Below, in pieces: positions 26,132 to 39,900 of a DNA stretch of 64,000 nucleotides. The DNA is taken from NCBI RefSeq assembly GCF_000002075.1, contig NW_004798452.1, positions 91,226 through 155,225 of the forward strand, read 5' to 3'. Source of the DNA: Aplysia californica. Lineage: Eukaryota. Under the pieces are notes generated by a model. That model was given only the letters and a program-made list of their open reading frames with translations. It ran no database searches and was not told the DNA's origin. Every line of letters starts with the position of its first letter. Within the stretch, counting starts at the first letter, position 1. The position numbers and the translations under genes are program-made.

Positions 26132-26709
26132 GATTAACAGAAGAATAAGAGTTAAAAAATTTGGCTGTCAGGAGATATTTTCACACTGGTTGCAGCCAGA
26201 TTCTTCTGCTATCCACAACACAACAAACACTGGGGTCTTTGCCTTGTGCGCTTTCTTCGTCAATTGTCAATTACTAAATTTAAAAAGTCTTGAGTGCAAG
26301 CGCAAGCAGTATAAAATAGATCTACTTTTTGACAAATTCTAAATACCCATCTTCACTGACTCTTTAAAGAAGTGTCAACAGTTTTCCTTTTTGGCCATTC
26401 CAGTTTACTATCAAGATCTATTTTTAATAAAATGATTATAAATTATTACAGATGTATAGCTTTAAAAACATTGAATTCAATAAAATTTGCTGTAAAGGAA
26501 TATCATTCACCCCTTTGAATTATGTATTAGGAACTCGACATCTAGTATGATCTAGTCTAGTAAAAGGCCAGGAGCAACTCTTTTATTTCTAGAGAGCACA
26601 TTGCACAACACAAACACTACAACACTCATTGGATTCTAACATTCTCGCGTCGGTCTCAGACCAAAACATTACAATTTTATTGTACTGATTCGGCAAATTG
26701 ATCTAAGTC
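26132..26709. promoter_or_regulatory. Bidirectional promoter region shared by NUP54 (-) and MED7 (+)
   Basis: The two start codons diverge with only 578 bp between them. TSS positions cannot be determined from sequence. Confidence 0.75.
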
Positions 26710-29700
26710 ATGACGGATAATCAAGGTGTCAGTGCATTCCCTATGCCTCCAATGCAATATGTCAACAACTATAGTGACGATAACATAAAAAGAGGGAAAG
26801 CACCACAGCCTCCAACTCCCATTCAGGTAAGCCAACAAATTTCTCTTTCTATTTGAATTTGCGGCTCTGCGTCTACACGAGACACGAGTTGATGGAGTAC
26901 AACATTGTCAATAACTAAGAGTAATTTTTGTAAGTAGGTGTTTTACGCCCCCATTGACACTGTTTAGATACTTTAGGAGCCGGGCTGCTTCGACCTTACC
27001 TGTCACTGTCGTCAGGGCACATGCGATTATTAAACGTAGGAAGACGGAAACTATTTTTAGGTAAGGCGCCCATCTTGTTTGACGTCAAACCAGGATACCC
27101 CTCCGATCACGTGACCATTTCTAAATATAGCCAACCGCATGGCACGGAAGTGTCTTATATTATGCTTAATCTAGCCTATACCTCTCTCTCGGAAGTTCTG
27201 ATGGCAGAACAGTATGCGCGTCTGCGTTTGAAGTCGTGAAATCATTTTTGGAGCGGTTCGATCCCGGTTTTTTTTTCCTCTTCTCCTCCTCCCGACTGAC
27301 CAACAGTCCCATAAATGATAGAATCTAGGTCTAGGCCTAATTTGTAGAGTTGCTTTGCAGTTGTTGGGTTTTTTTTAAATATTAGAGATTAAAAATGCAG
27401 GAGATGGGGGGGGGGGGGGGGGGGTAGATCATTTGGTGCTTTTTCGGTAGTTCCCACCCCCCTTTTTGAGCCTGACCTACATCTAGATTCTAGATCTATG
27501 AGTTTGATTCGCGGTGAGCTAAGATATCAAACCTCCTAACAACAGCAAAACATTAAATTGTTGTAAAATTCAGGGGGGCATGCCCCCCCTGAAACCCCCC
27601 TTCCTATTTTTGTTAGGTCAGGGGGGCAAGCCCCCTGAAACCCCCCTACTCTTGGGGCCAAAACCCATGAATAACAATTGCAGGGTGGGAACTACCGAAA
27701 AAGCGCCGATCATTTAGATCTAGATCTAATCACCCTGCGTCTTTACGGCAATTTTCGTGCGGTCTTCCATCATGTCCAAGTAGGCCTACCATAATCTATC
27801 TAGATTCTAGATCTAGAATCTAGAATCGAGATCTACGAAATCCGAAATGTTCCGAAAACATGTCGTTCCATGTGGGTATTCCAGGAAGTGATGACATCAC
27901 AGTACTAAAATTAGCAGCCAATCAGAAAGATGCGTCTTTTCTACGTTTAACGGCACGTAGTCAGGGCTAACCTTTGCTGAGAGAGATACAATATCCAGGC
28001 AGACAGGACAGGAGACGGCCAGACGGATAGGCTATTACCACTACAACTACAACTCGATGGGGAGTCGATTTAAACTTCCCATCATGGGCATGGGCATTCA
28101 GTTAGCGTCTTCTGCATGTGTGACAATGAAATGCCTAACCACAAAGTCAAAGTTACCATGTCAAATTCTGATCGCTTTGGACCTTGGAAGGTAAGAGAAC
28201 GTTAGGCTCCAAAAAGTTAAAAACCACAGTCAGTGCAGTGGAGTTCGCTTTTGTTAAACCAAACACAGTACAGTTTTAATGCAATGTGATCCAGTCAGTA
28301 CATCGTCACTGTGATCTTGTTTAGAAAGTGTCAACAATCCTACCTTATTATTTAGGCAATTTTAGGTCTTTAGCATTCTCAGTTCATCCACTGTGTCAAA
28401 TAACACTTGTTACTTACTTGCAACATGAGTGTTGTGTTCATGTTCTTATTTTTAATTTTCAGTTTTGATATTAAATCTCAACTGTCATGGGTAACTTAAT
28501 AAAATCTAGTCTTAATATTTCTTTTATTTTATAAAATGGCTGCTTATGGCTTGTTGTGTTCTTTTGAAGCACCCTTTTGTATACACATTACTTGCTCAGT
28601 GCCTTGTAATTATCTGCTACACAAAACCTCATGTATGTTTGCTATAAACAAACACTCGGATTCAACAAGGTTTTAGGTCTGGCCCAAGTTGAATCTGATT
28701 TCCAATGTACCTGCAGACTTACAAAGTTCCTGCTTTCAAGGAAAATTGGCAGGTCTGTGTACGTGAAACAGGACGCTGAAGAAAAAAAGGCCGTTGAATT
28801 ATTATAATTATAATTAATGGTGAAATTCTCATTTGATTATCTTTTCTTTTGATTTTGATGATGTGGAGAAAAGTTAAAGTTAGATTGTTGAACAATAATG
28901 AGAATTACTTTTTTTTATTGTCAGGACTCCTACTCCATGTTTGGGGCTCAGTACTCAGCTGATGATGCGATTATTCGACCCTTGGAAGCCTCCGGGTGCC
29001 GCAGACTGTATCCTCACAACTACGATCACAAGCGGGAGCTCAAGAAGTTGAACCATTCCATACTGGTCAGTGGCTGGATGATCTTTTGGCCATCGAAACA
29101 TTTGAAATGGAGATACAGCTTGGTTTTTATAATAATAACATTATGAATGTGTTTTTGACTTTCGGTGAAGTTGCTTGCCTCACATGCCTGGCTGCTTTCA
29201 CAGTGCATGCATACACAAAAGTAACAATGATATAATATAATAACAACATTATGGGCAACAGATTTTTTTTCCCACGTTTGTAATGTGACACCCAAAATCC
29301 TAGGGCTTGTGAGTTCAAGCTTCTCGTATAGTTCTCTTTTTTTTTTTAGGGACAAAGTTTGTGGGTACATTGTGCACATAAATGAAATTATACTTTGACA
29401 GTTGGAAGAAAAAGAGATTTAAAAGCTGCACTAGTGTAAAATTCTGAATGAATTGCTAATTTTGGCAGCTGATACTCTACTAATTGGTCTAAATAATTCA
29501 ATGTAAAAAAAGAAAACAACCCCTTCTGAAAGATCTAAGGTTCTGAATCATTGCTTGTTTTTTTCCTTCCATAAAAATTCATATATAAAACTCATGAACA
29601 TTTCAGGTGAATTTCCTGGACCTGCTTGATGTTTTGATAAGAGCACCAGAGTCTCCAAAACGGGCAGAGAAGTTGGAAGACATCAACCTCCTGTTTATCA

Positions 29701-31307
29701 ACATGCACCATCTCATCAATGAATTCAGGTACGAAATGTGTTACATGGATGATGAATTGTATAGGACTTAACAAATTTTGGAAGGGGGGGGGGGGGGGGG
29801 GTTATATCAGGAGAGAGGATTTCCTGTTGTTGTACATAAATAATCCAGCTGATCTGATATCATTCCCCTTTGCCCCAGCGTGGTGGAATGGTGAGTGAGG
29901 TCAGATGTGTCTTGGTTTAATTGTGGACATCCCTAATAATAGAATAAAGTAAATCTGGTGTAGGAAATAATATCAGCAATTTAACGGTAGAGTATTGGTG
30001 ACTGTGCACTTCTTGGCTAGTGTTATGTTCTGTTCCTGAAATGTACCTCTCCTACCTGTCATTTTTTCCTCTTCTACTTTCCACTTTCTACATTTTGCAT
30101 TCTAGCTCCTCACAACTGGCTCTCTACAATCAACTTATTTTTGCTATTTTTAAAAGTTTCATCCTATCCCTGTCCGTACCCGAGACATTTATTAGTATTG
30201 CCATTTTCAAAATGTCTAGTTCAATCAATTGAGGCGTACCACTCCAGTTATTCTCAGTATTTTCAAAACATAATGTCCGTGTTCCCCCATCCTCCCTCAG
30301 ACCACACCAAGCACGAGAGACGCTGCGAGTTATGATGGAACTTCAACGCAATCAGAGGTCAGAGGTAGCACGCAAGTTTCAGGAACACTTTGACAAGGTA
30401 CGTAAGATGAATGAAAGTTGTGTGTTACCGTGTCACTGGGAGAGATACTTCACAGTTTTTGAAATATACTGATTTTTTTTTTCAGGATGAATTTATGCAA
30501 ATGATTTCCCTATTGTTGACTTTGCTATTACTATTACTGATATTTGATAATCCTCAGTCAAGTTTAATGTCCATCTCTGGTTTGGCCGTACTATGAGTGA
30601 ATTTCATGCAAGTAAAGATGATGTGGTCTGTACAGAGATGATTTGCACCTTCTTTTCTTTTTATCACATTGTTGCATTACCCTCTGTGGCGTAGTACTTC
30701 ATTATCTTCCCCACCTACTGACCTTACTTTTGTTGCACAGTAGTCCGTTTTCAAGCGAGAGCTTTATTCAATTCTCTGGCCCTTTTTTGCTGGGCTGTAT
30801 TTGATCTGAGAGTTGCTCTTTCTTGTTTCCTGTTCCTGGATTGATTGTTGGGTTGGGTAGACAGACAGAGAGAGGAGTGTGATCTCAAAGTGACCTCTGT
30901 CCCACTCATTTGGTCACTCTTCAGCAGAAAAAATGGTTTGAATTGGTTGTATTCTGAGTGAAATTTCATTTGCACAACTGAAATTATATAGAAAAAAAAA
31001 AGTCTGAAGTTTGGTCTAAGCTCTGAACTTGATGAATTTGAGATCCATAAATTGAAATTTAAGATTTTCAACTGATAAAAAAAACTGTGTAATCAACGGT
31101 TGTGTGTTACTGCAACATCTGCAGGTGATGGACTTGATCCAGACTGCGATGAACTCAATCCCAGAGGATGTTGGGATGGATTCTACCCTGGTCTCCGACT
31201 CAGATCTGCTCAACGCTGTGGCTGAGGTGAAGTCGGAGCCCATGGACCTTGAGGCATGTGACAGCCTCGATACTATGATGTGTAAAATTGTGGACGATAT
31301 GACGTAG
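26710..31307 (+). CDS. MED7: Mediator complex subunit 7, 219 aa, 5 coding exons
   Basis: Exons 26710-26826, 28925-29065, 29607-29728, 30301-30397 and 31125-31307 (660 nt). Motifs [80 protein letters not shown] and VKSEPMD match MED7. Confidence 0.96.
27034..27946. mobile_element. Possible TTAA-specific (Kolobok-like) non-autonomous element hosting the 27435 MITE
   Basis: TTAA|ACGTAGGAAGACG ... CGTCTTTTCTACGT|TTAA; TIR short and imperfect. Confidence 0.45.
27435..27707. mobile_element. MITE with 8-bp TSD (Merlin- or hAT-like)
   Basis: 25-bp TIR GGYGCTTTTTCGGTAGTTCCCACCC; TSD GATCATTT (27427-34 / 27708-15). Confidence 0.85.
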
Positions 31308-31948
31308 GGATGCTAGACATAGTCACGGAGATGTCATACAATTGCTGTAAAACAGAGTTCTTTTGCAAGCATTTTACTTCTGAGAATTTGTAGAGCCAAA
31401 ATTCATGCAGAAATTTTTTTTTCGGGGGAGGGGGGTGTCCTCAACAAACATTTTACAGGGACAACTGTATTGAGAAATGGTCTTATACGATCTTTGAAAA
31501 TTAAGCACTTTGAATTGACATGTTGCCCTTGGCAAGATAAAACTGTTATACAGTAATTGGAAATAGTTTGGTTTCAAGAGAAGTTACTGAACAGATTCTC
31601 TCATGTATAAATAGTACTAGTGTAAACATTTGCTGCAAGCAGTTAGTGGTTTGATTGTAAGAGTTACCTGAATTGTGCAAATGATTTTGCAAATGTGTAA
31701 GCCTGTAGGAGCGTATTTTGAGCATGATTGTGTGCGTTTGTGTTTGTGGGGATGACCGCTTGTGAGTGGGTGCTTGGAATGTTTGTGATTGAGTATTTTG
31801 CACAGCTGAGTCTTAGAAAATGTTACGTTTTTTTATGGTACCATACTCAACAAATGCAATGTTTGGTCTTGAATGTTCTCATATTTGTCATTAAAGATGA
31901 TCAAAAAGACCACAGGACTGTGTTAAACCTATTGTGTAAGCCTGTAGT

Positions 31949-32298
31949 GGCGTCGGTGGCCTAGTGGTTAGGCTCTTGGACTCGCAACCGTAAGGTCGTG
32001 GGTTCGAATCCCGTCAGGGCCCCGACGTTGTGTCCTTGGGAAAGGCACTTTACACAAATTTTCCTCACTTCACCCAGGTGGGAATGGGTACCCGGCTATA
32101 GACAGCGAAAGATCTTGTCAGTTTGTTAGTGTTTGAGCGCTTAATCAGCTGCTTGCACTGTATGCTTCCCGGGAAGCTGAGAATGTTTCGGAGTGTTCTA
32201 TGGTCTGCTGGGGTAATAATATAGTGTACAGCGCATAGAGCCTGCTGTTGAGTGGGGATATGCGCTATACAAATGCTTTTTATTATTATTATTATTAT
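31949..32298 (+). mobile_element. Full-length tRNA-derived SINE (CORE/Meta-like central domain, (TAT)n tail)
   Basis: A box TGGCCTAGTGG, B box GGTTCGAATCC, central GTGTCCTTGGGAAAGGCACTT..CACCCAGGTGGGAATGGGTACC, stem-loop 3' end and (TAT)n tail. Near-identical partial copies at 12951-13045(-), 18825-19014(-) and 49191-49430(+). Confidence 0.88.
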
Positions 32299-33023
32299 TT
32301 AAAAGTATTTTATATTAATAAACTAGACCCCACACATGGATGGGTTATTAGCAACTTGGGGACTGGCACTCAGCAAATATTGAAAGAGTCAGTGCAGCAA
32401 ATTCACAAGTCACTCTTTGGTGCTGAGCTTAAAAAGCAACGATACATTGAATTTGAAGCAATAGATTTCACATTTCACAAAATTTATTGAAGCTTTTTTT
32501 ACAGAAAACATTTTCTATGAAGGGGAGGGGGAGAGAAATGGGAATAGAACCTTCGTAAGATAATGAGAATGGGGACAGCATGCAATAATAAGATGAACTT
32601 TGCCAGACAATGACATATTTGAAGCATTTTCAAACATTGGTGTTTATTGCACATGAATTTGACTCGAGGAACACAAGCCTGTGACTTTGCAAGATGATGA
32701 CTGAAGCACAAACTGTTAATCCCATGAGATAATAGATAGAAGCTTCCGGGACTGAAAGCTTTAAATGAACTCGAATTGAGACAGTTTTTTAAGGCAAGAT
32801 GCCTTCTTCTAAGCAACATTTGGGGGGGGGGGGGGTGAAAATGTTTGTGTTCTGCAGGGAAGGCTTTAGCACGCCCACTTTTTTTTAATAATTCAAATTA
32901 CAATTGACAACAGTTTGTATTGAATAACACCAAGTCTTATTCTCTACAATCTAACACACACATAGCAAACAGATTTTCAGGTCCCAAATTTTTTATTATG
33001 CATGTATATTCTACGTATTTCAG

Positions 33024-35140
33024 ACACATACATAGCAAAATTTGTATGAAATGAAAAGATTTCCATGTCCTGTCAGTTTCGCTATGTGTGTGCTAGACTG
33101 TAACTTCCTGTTTTGAATACACATACTCGCATGACAACATGACTTTCAAATGAGGGGTGTTTTCATTTTCATTAGCATGTCAACATGCTCGTGTAAACAA
33201 CATAATATTTTTTCATAATACCTACATAAACATATCAGTATGACCAAATAGAAGGAATGTGAGCAATGTGAGACTTGAGGTCATATTTGAGCATCCACAG
33301 ACATCTCTAATCAATTTCCTTTCTGGACACAAAATCTTTTATAATCGGCAAGAACTCTCCCATCTCGGTCTTGTTCCTTACTTCTCTTTCTTACTTCAAA
33401 TAAGAGTTTTATGGCACTTGCAACACAAATATAGGCAATATAAGTCTGGAAGTTTAAAGATGTTACTTGAGAGTAACATACAAAGAAAAGGAGGAAGAGA
33501 GATAAGGACGACAGATGTTCGATCTATGACAGAAGAAACAAACCAAACCTGAACGCCCACCAACCACCCTCTTAGTAGCCTTGTTCAGACTAAGCAAGTT
33601 TTCTCTTGTTCTCATAAACGTATAAAAAAAGTAAGTCCCATTCAAGTTAAAAGATATTGAGGATTCTCTGTATCCCGTATCATTTACAAAATCTTCGTGG
33701 TTTGGCTTGCCATCACCTGCCCATCAGAACAAAGTAGAAAGTTGGAGGACACCATTGGTAGGACTGACTTCCTCATCATCCCTCTCTTGGTTCTGTCTGA
33801 CTTTCTTTTCCCATGGCGCTCGTATGACCTTTTGCAGTTGCGAGCGCCGAAAAACTCTACTAAACTAAACTTCTTTTCCAAGTTCTGAATCTGAATGGCC
33901 ACAACTGTGTTTCTGTGTGCCTTTCTTCTTTCACCATAAATAAAGCAACACAAGTCCTCGTAATACACAAAACAAGCAACGCGTTTCCTGTCGTACAGCT
34001 CACAACATAAGTAACACACCTCATATTACACAGCTNNNNNNNNNNNNNNNNNNNNNNNNNNNNNNNNNNNNNNNNNNNNNNNNNNNNNNNNNNNNNNNNN
34101 NNNNNNNNNNNNNNNNNNNNNNNNNNNNNNNNNNNACACATACATAGCAAAATTTGTATGAAATGAAAAGATTTCCATGTCCTGTCAGTTTCGCTATGTG
34201 TGTGCTAGACTAACTTCCTGTTTTGAATACACATACTCGCATGACAACATGACTTTCAAATGAGGGGTATTTTCATTAGCATGTCAACATGCTCGTGTAA
34301 ACAACATAATATTTTTTTCATAATACCTACATGAACATATCAGTATGACCAAATAGGAATATGAGCAATGTGAGACTTGAGGTCATATTTTTGAGCATCC
34401 ACAGACATCTCTAATCAATTTCCTCTCTGACACAAAATCTTTTGTACTCGGCAAGAACTCTCCCATCTCAGTCTTGTTCCTTACTTCTCTTTCTTACTTC
34501 AAATAAAAGTTTTATGGCACTTGCAACACAAATATAGGCAATATAAGTCTGGAAGTTAAGATGTTACTTGAGAGTAACATACAAAGAAAAGGAGGAAGAG
34601 AGATAAGGACGACAGATGTTCGATCTATGACAGAAGAAACAAACCAAACCTGAACGCCCACCAACCACCCTCTTAGTAGCCTTGTTCAGACTGAGCAAGT
34701 TTTCTCTTGTTCTCATAAACGTATAAAAAAAAGTAAGTCCCATTCAAGTTAAAAGATATTGAGGATTTTCTGTATCCCGTATCATTTACAAAATCTTTGT
34801 GGTTTGACTTGCCATCACCTGCCCATCTGAACCATGAGGAAGGTTGGAGGGCACAATTGGTAGGACTGACTTCCTCATCATCCCTCTCTTGGTTCTGTCC
34901 GATTTTCTCTTCCCATGGCGCTCGCATGACCTTATGCAGTTGCGAGCCCCGAAAAACTCTACTAAACTAAGCTTCTTTTCCCCAAGTTCTGAATCTGAAT
35001 GGCCATGGCCACAACTGTGTTTCTATGTGCCTTTCTTCTTTCACCTTTGAGCAACACTCGTAGAGTCGTAGTACACGAAACAAGCAACGCGCCTCCTGTC
35101 GTACAGCTCACAACATAAGTAACACACCTCATATTACCCA
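33024..35140. other. ~1-kb apparent tandem duplication across a 100-N gap (probable uncollapsed haplotypes)
   Basis: 33024-34035 is repeated at 34136-~35140 with SNPs and indels. The same pattern occurs at 35615-36135 vs 36236-36767 and 48181-48478 vs 48687-49018. Confidence 0.8.
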
Positions 35141-35660
35141 GCTCACAACATAAGTAACACACCTCATATTACACAGCTCACAACATAAGTAACACACCTC
35201 ATATTACACAGCTCACAACATAAGTAACACACCTCATATTACACAGCTCACAACATAAGTAACACACCTCATATTACACAGCTCACAACTTTAAAGTGAC
35301 ACACCTACTCCCACAGCACAGCTCACAGCATGAGCAACGCACTTCTTCATATTCATACAGCTAATAACATACGCAATACGTGTCTTCGTATTCGTACAAC
35401 TTGCAACATAAGCAACACACATCTTCATTCATACAGCTCACAACATAAACATCACACCTCTTTATAAACTCACAACATAAGCTATACACCTCTTTATTCT
35501 TACAATTCACAACATAAGCAACACGCGTCTTTATTCATACAATTCACAACATAAGCAACACGCGTCTTTATTCATACAATTCACAACATAAGCAACACAC
35601 GTCTTTATTCATACAATTCACAACATAAAGCAACACACGTCTTCATTCATACAATTCACT
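35103..35660. repeat. ~35-bp minisatellite (5 near-perfect copies, then degenerate variants)
   Basis: Unit CAGCTCACAACATAAGTAACACACCTCATATTACA, grading into ATTCACAACATAAGCAACACGCGTCTTTATTCATACA. Confidence 0.92.
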
Positions 35661-36957
35661 AGATAAGTAACATATCTCCTCTTACACTACAGCAAAAACC
35701 ATAAACAACTCACTTTCTCATACAGTACATAACATAATCTCATCTCATCTTATTAATTAAAGTGAACTATGGTACTGTACTCTTTAAGTCAAACTTCCTG
35801 AATAACAAAATTTCTAAAGAAAAACGTAATGGTTGAAATCAGTACCTTTCATTCTCGGCATCAGTGACGCTTCTACCATCTCAAGCAAGTACTGTGGCTT
35901 CAAATTATGTAAAATTAGAAACTTGGAAACAAATAAACAGGTCTGTTATTTAATTAGCAGGTCTCTTTGAGAAGTAAGCACCCTCTGCTGTAAAGACATG
36001 ATAAGTACAAGGTACAACTTAGTACAAGTCAAAGACGGAAAAACTTGACTGAGTTTGATTTCACGCACCACAACTGGATAAGATGTAATTGATCAAACCA
36101 ATGAAATTTTTAGTCATAGCAGATTTTAAGCAGGGNNNNNNNNNNNNNNNNNNNNNNNNNNNNNNNNNNNNNNNNNNNNNNNNNNNNNNNNNNNNNNNNN
36201 NNNNNNNNNNNNNNNNNNNNNNNNNNNNNNNNNNNAATTCACAACATAAAGCAACACGCGTCTTCATTCATACAATTCACTAGATAAGTAACATATATCT
36301 CCTCTCACACAGCAAAAACCATAAACAACTCGCTTTCTCATACAGTAGCCTACATAACATAATCTCATCTTGCTTATTAATTAAAGTGAACTATGATACT
36401 GTACTCTTTAAGTCAAACTTCCTGAATAACAAAATTTATAAAGAAAAACGTAGTGGTTGAAATCAGTACCTTTCATTCTCGGCATCAGTGATTCTTCTAC
36501 CATCTCAAGCAAGTACTGTGACTTCAATTAATTATGTAAAATTGGAAACTTGGAGACAAATAAACAGGTCTGTTATTTAATTTTAATTAGCAGGCCTCTT
36601 TGAAAAGTAAGCACCCTCTGCTGTAAAGACATGATAAGTACAAGGTACAACTTAGTACAAGTCAAAGACGGAAAAACTTAACTGCGTTTGATTTCACGCA
36701 CCACAACTGGATAAGATGTAATTGATCAAACCAATGAAATTTTAGTCATAGCAGATTTTAAGCAGGGCATATTTTCACACAGCAATGACGTCTTTAACAT
36801 GTTTAATTAAGACGAGTGTAAAAAAAATTCAATGTAACAAAAAAAAGGAGTAAAAATATGCAACATAAAATAAACCATGGCACGTCCCAAAAGATGGTGG
36901 TGCTGGAAAGACCATGAACCCGTGAAAAAAGGCCGAGAGAATGATGTGTGAAGCTCT

Positions 36958-39900
36958 TCAGATGTCGGCCGGAGGCACGGTGATAAGTCCTGTGGTGCGG
37001 AACACGTCGAGGCCCTTGTGTAGGACGCAGACGCGAGAGTAGCCCAGACGCACCAGCTCATTGGCAAACTGAAAAAAGAAACACTTTACATTCAGCTCAC
37101 CCCAAAAGTAAAATATAATAATAATCTATTATTATATACATGATCACTGTTGTATTTTGTGATAATATCTGAAAATTTACAAAGTTGCATTAGCAAGCAA
37201 AATGACAGTTAATAGACAAAACCTGTCCTCGTCGTTTTATGCAAGACATTCTGAAATTATGCAAACTGAGCCCAAAAATGTGACATTATGCGATTCTGTT
37301 AATTTTCTAAAAGAATGAAAAAGGAAAATAAGCAGAAATTATGCAAAAAATAATCAAATTTTGCTAAATTATGCGGGGTGCATAAAACCACGGGGACAGC
37401 AAACCAAAGTGAAGTTAAAACAGAAAGAAAATGCTTAGAATATAAGTGTTCTCCGTCAAAATTATGGGGAAAATGGAAAAACGGAATCCCTGAGCATAGC
37501 CTCAGCCCATCCCTATTTCAAACTGTGCGACTTAGTACAAAACAGTGTCATAGTGGAGTTGCAGTTGTGTCTTACAGATATAGGAAACAGAGGGTGCCGT
37601 AGTATGGCTCCAGTAGGGAATGGGATAGAGGGTGCCCAAGTCCCTCGTGACTTATTAGAGCAGAGGAAGATAGGACTAACGCTAACATTACTTAAACGCA
37701 ATCCCACATCATCACTCATCACAACCATTATATCTAAAATCATCACTGCTCTCAGATCAATGACTTACAACTATAATCCTGGAATCTCTATCTGCACTTA
37801 CGGTTACTTGTTATACTAAGTATGCACGTAATACACCATTGGACACTCTCATACGCACTTTTTTTCTACTAATCAGATGGAGTTGATCTCATATAAATGG
37901 GCAAGGGATAAAAAAAAGGAAACAGAGGGTAGTGACTGTCGTTGATGCAGGGTGGTGGTGGTGATTGGGGGGAAGGGGGGGGATGATGTCCTTTTTTTTA
38001 CTCAGTTCAGAATTCAAAACTCATACTCATAGACTAAAAGTCTACGTACAACCTAAAGAATAGATACAGGACGTACAGTTGAGCATGCATAGCCAACAGA
38101 TTATCAGGTTCTGAATTTTTCCTCACACATGGTACATTTTTTGAATCTGAAACATGCACAGTGCAAAACTTGTATATATATATATATATAAATATACAAC
38201 TAAAAGATTTCCATGTCCCGTCCATTTCGATGTGTATTGTAGACTGTATATCATTCTGAAGAGCATGAAATTGATTAATAATAAAATCGGTACATTTAGT
38301 TTTAGCGTATTTCCACTAGAAAGTAGAAAGTACTCAATGTGGTTTATAATAATACTAATAATAATATAAAGAACATAGTTCTAACAGTAGTGATCCTTTC
38401 ACTCCCCCCGTTCCTCGCTCTATAATATTGAAATAACCATGACAACATAAGAGATTATACAAAACATCCACTGGCACTCACATTGGCAGCATTGCGTCCC
38501 CTGTTGCCTACAACAATGATAACTTGGTTCCTGCGAGAATTCAAGGTCTGCACCGCAGAGCAAGGGTTCAAATCACCCTCAGGGGAGAAAGCTGTTTGGA
38601 AAGGGATGTTAATACTGTCCTGCAAAGTCCCACGGCGGAAACTGGGGCAAAAGTCAGGAAAATGTCAACAAATAAAAATTGTGCCTTTTGTTGACTCATA
38701 GATGCTAAACTAATCTATAAAGATAGAGAGAGGCATTTTTTTTTTAGAGTGAAACGTAGAAATGCAGACAAAAGTTTTTTCCCCCATACTCCACTTTACC
38801 ACTTTAAACAACCCTCCCCGCCCAAAAAAAAAAGAAAACAACAACACAGGATATCAAATTTGTTGACTTTCTTTACCTTCTTTCCCTCTAAATTTTTTAC
38901 TCTCGTGCACCAATTTTTAAAAATACCCAGGGTCTATTTTATGACCTGTATCCTGTAGAGCAATTGATTTTTACACAGAAAAAACAAAAGAAACGAGAGC
39001 TAGAACTTCGCTTAAAACAATACGAAATTATTTGCAATGGGGCTTTTAGTTTTAGTAGAGGTTTTATGGCGCTCGCAACTGCATAAGGTCATATAAGCGC
39101 CAGAAGATTAGAGGTGTTACAAGAGAGTAACAAACATAAAAAAGAAGAAGGGGGAGATAAGGACGATAGATGTCTGATAGGAAAGAAGAAGCAAACCACA
39201 CCAGAGCACCCGCCAACCACTCACGTGGGACTTTCAACAAACCACGAACAGATCTACTGCTTTCTACAACATGCTGATTAATAATAATATAGCAAAATAA
39301 CACAGACAAGTCCTTTTTAGTTTTTAGTAGAGGTTTCACGGCGCTCGCAACTGCATAAGGTCATATATGAGCGCCAGAAGATTAAAGGTGCTACAAGAGA
39401 GTAACAAACAGATAAATCTGACATGACAGTGGGCCACAGAAAGTCTACAAAACAGCAGGACACAATCATGTATACATAGCATGGCCTTGTGACTTGCACA
39501 ACAGGTAAAAAGGATACTCTTCCGGGCTTCTCACATCCACGATGAGGATCATAGGCTTGCTTGTCTGACGTTTCTTTGTGGGACTGCGAGAGTAAGCTGC
39601 CCCTGCCAGCTCGCCAAGCTCGATTAGATCCTCTGCCGAAATCCTGCAGCATTTCTCTCCCTTTAGCTCATCGATCGGGATGGGTTCCATCGACTGGACA
39701 GAACAAAACAAGATAAGACAAGCCAGGGTAGGTGTGTATAATAATCTGAATGTCATTCTGCACAGCCACAATAGCCTTGAGGTCCTTGAGGAGAAGTCTC
39801 GTGAATGATTATAATATTATGAAAATGTTTTTAGTTAAGAAAACTGAAGTCTTTCCCTAGGGATAGGTATTCCCCATTTCCATGTGATTAATCTTTAGCT

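Noticed and set aside
25779-26342. 187-aa plus-strand ORF
   Set aside because: Antisense shadow of the low-complexity NUP54 FG exon; no recognisable motif.
31949-32021. tRNA-like sequence
   Set aside because: It is the head of a multicopy SINE; the anticodon differs between copies and there is no terminator.
33024-36767. Tandem segmental duplications
   Set aside because: Each pair abuts an exactly 100-N gap; typical uncollapsed heterozygous haplotypes.
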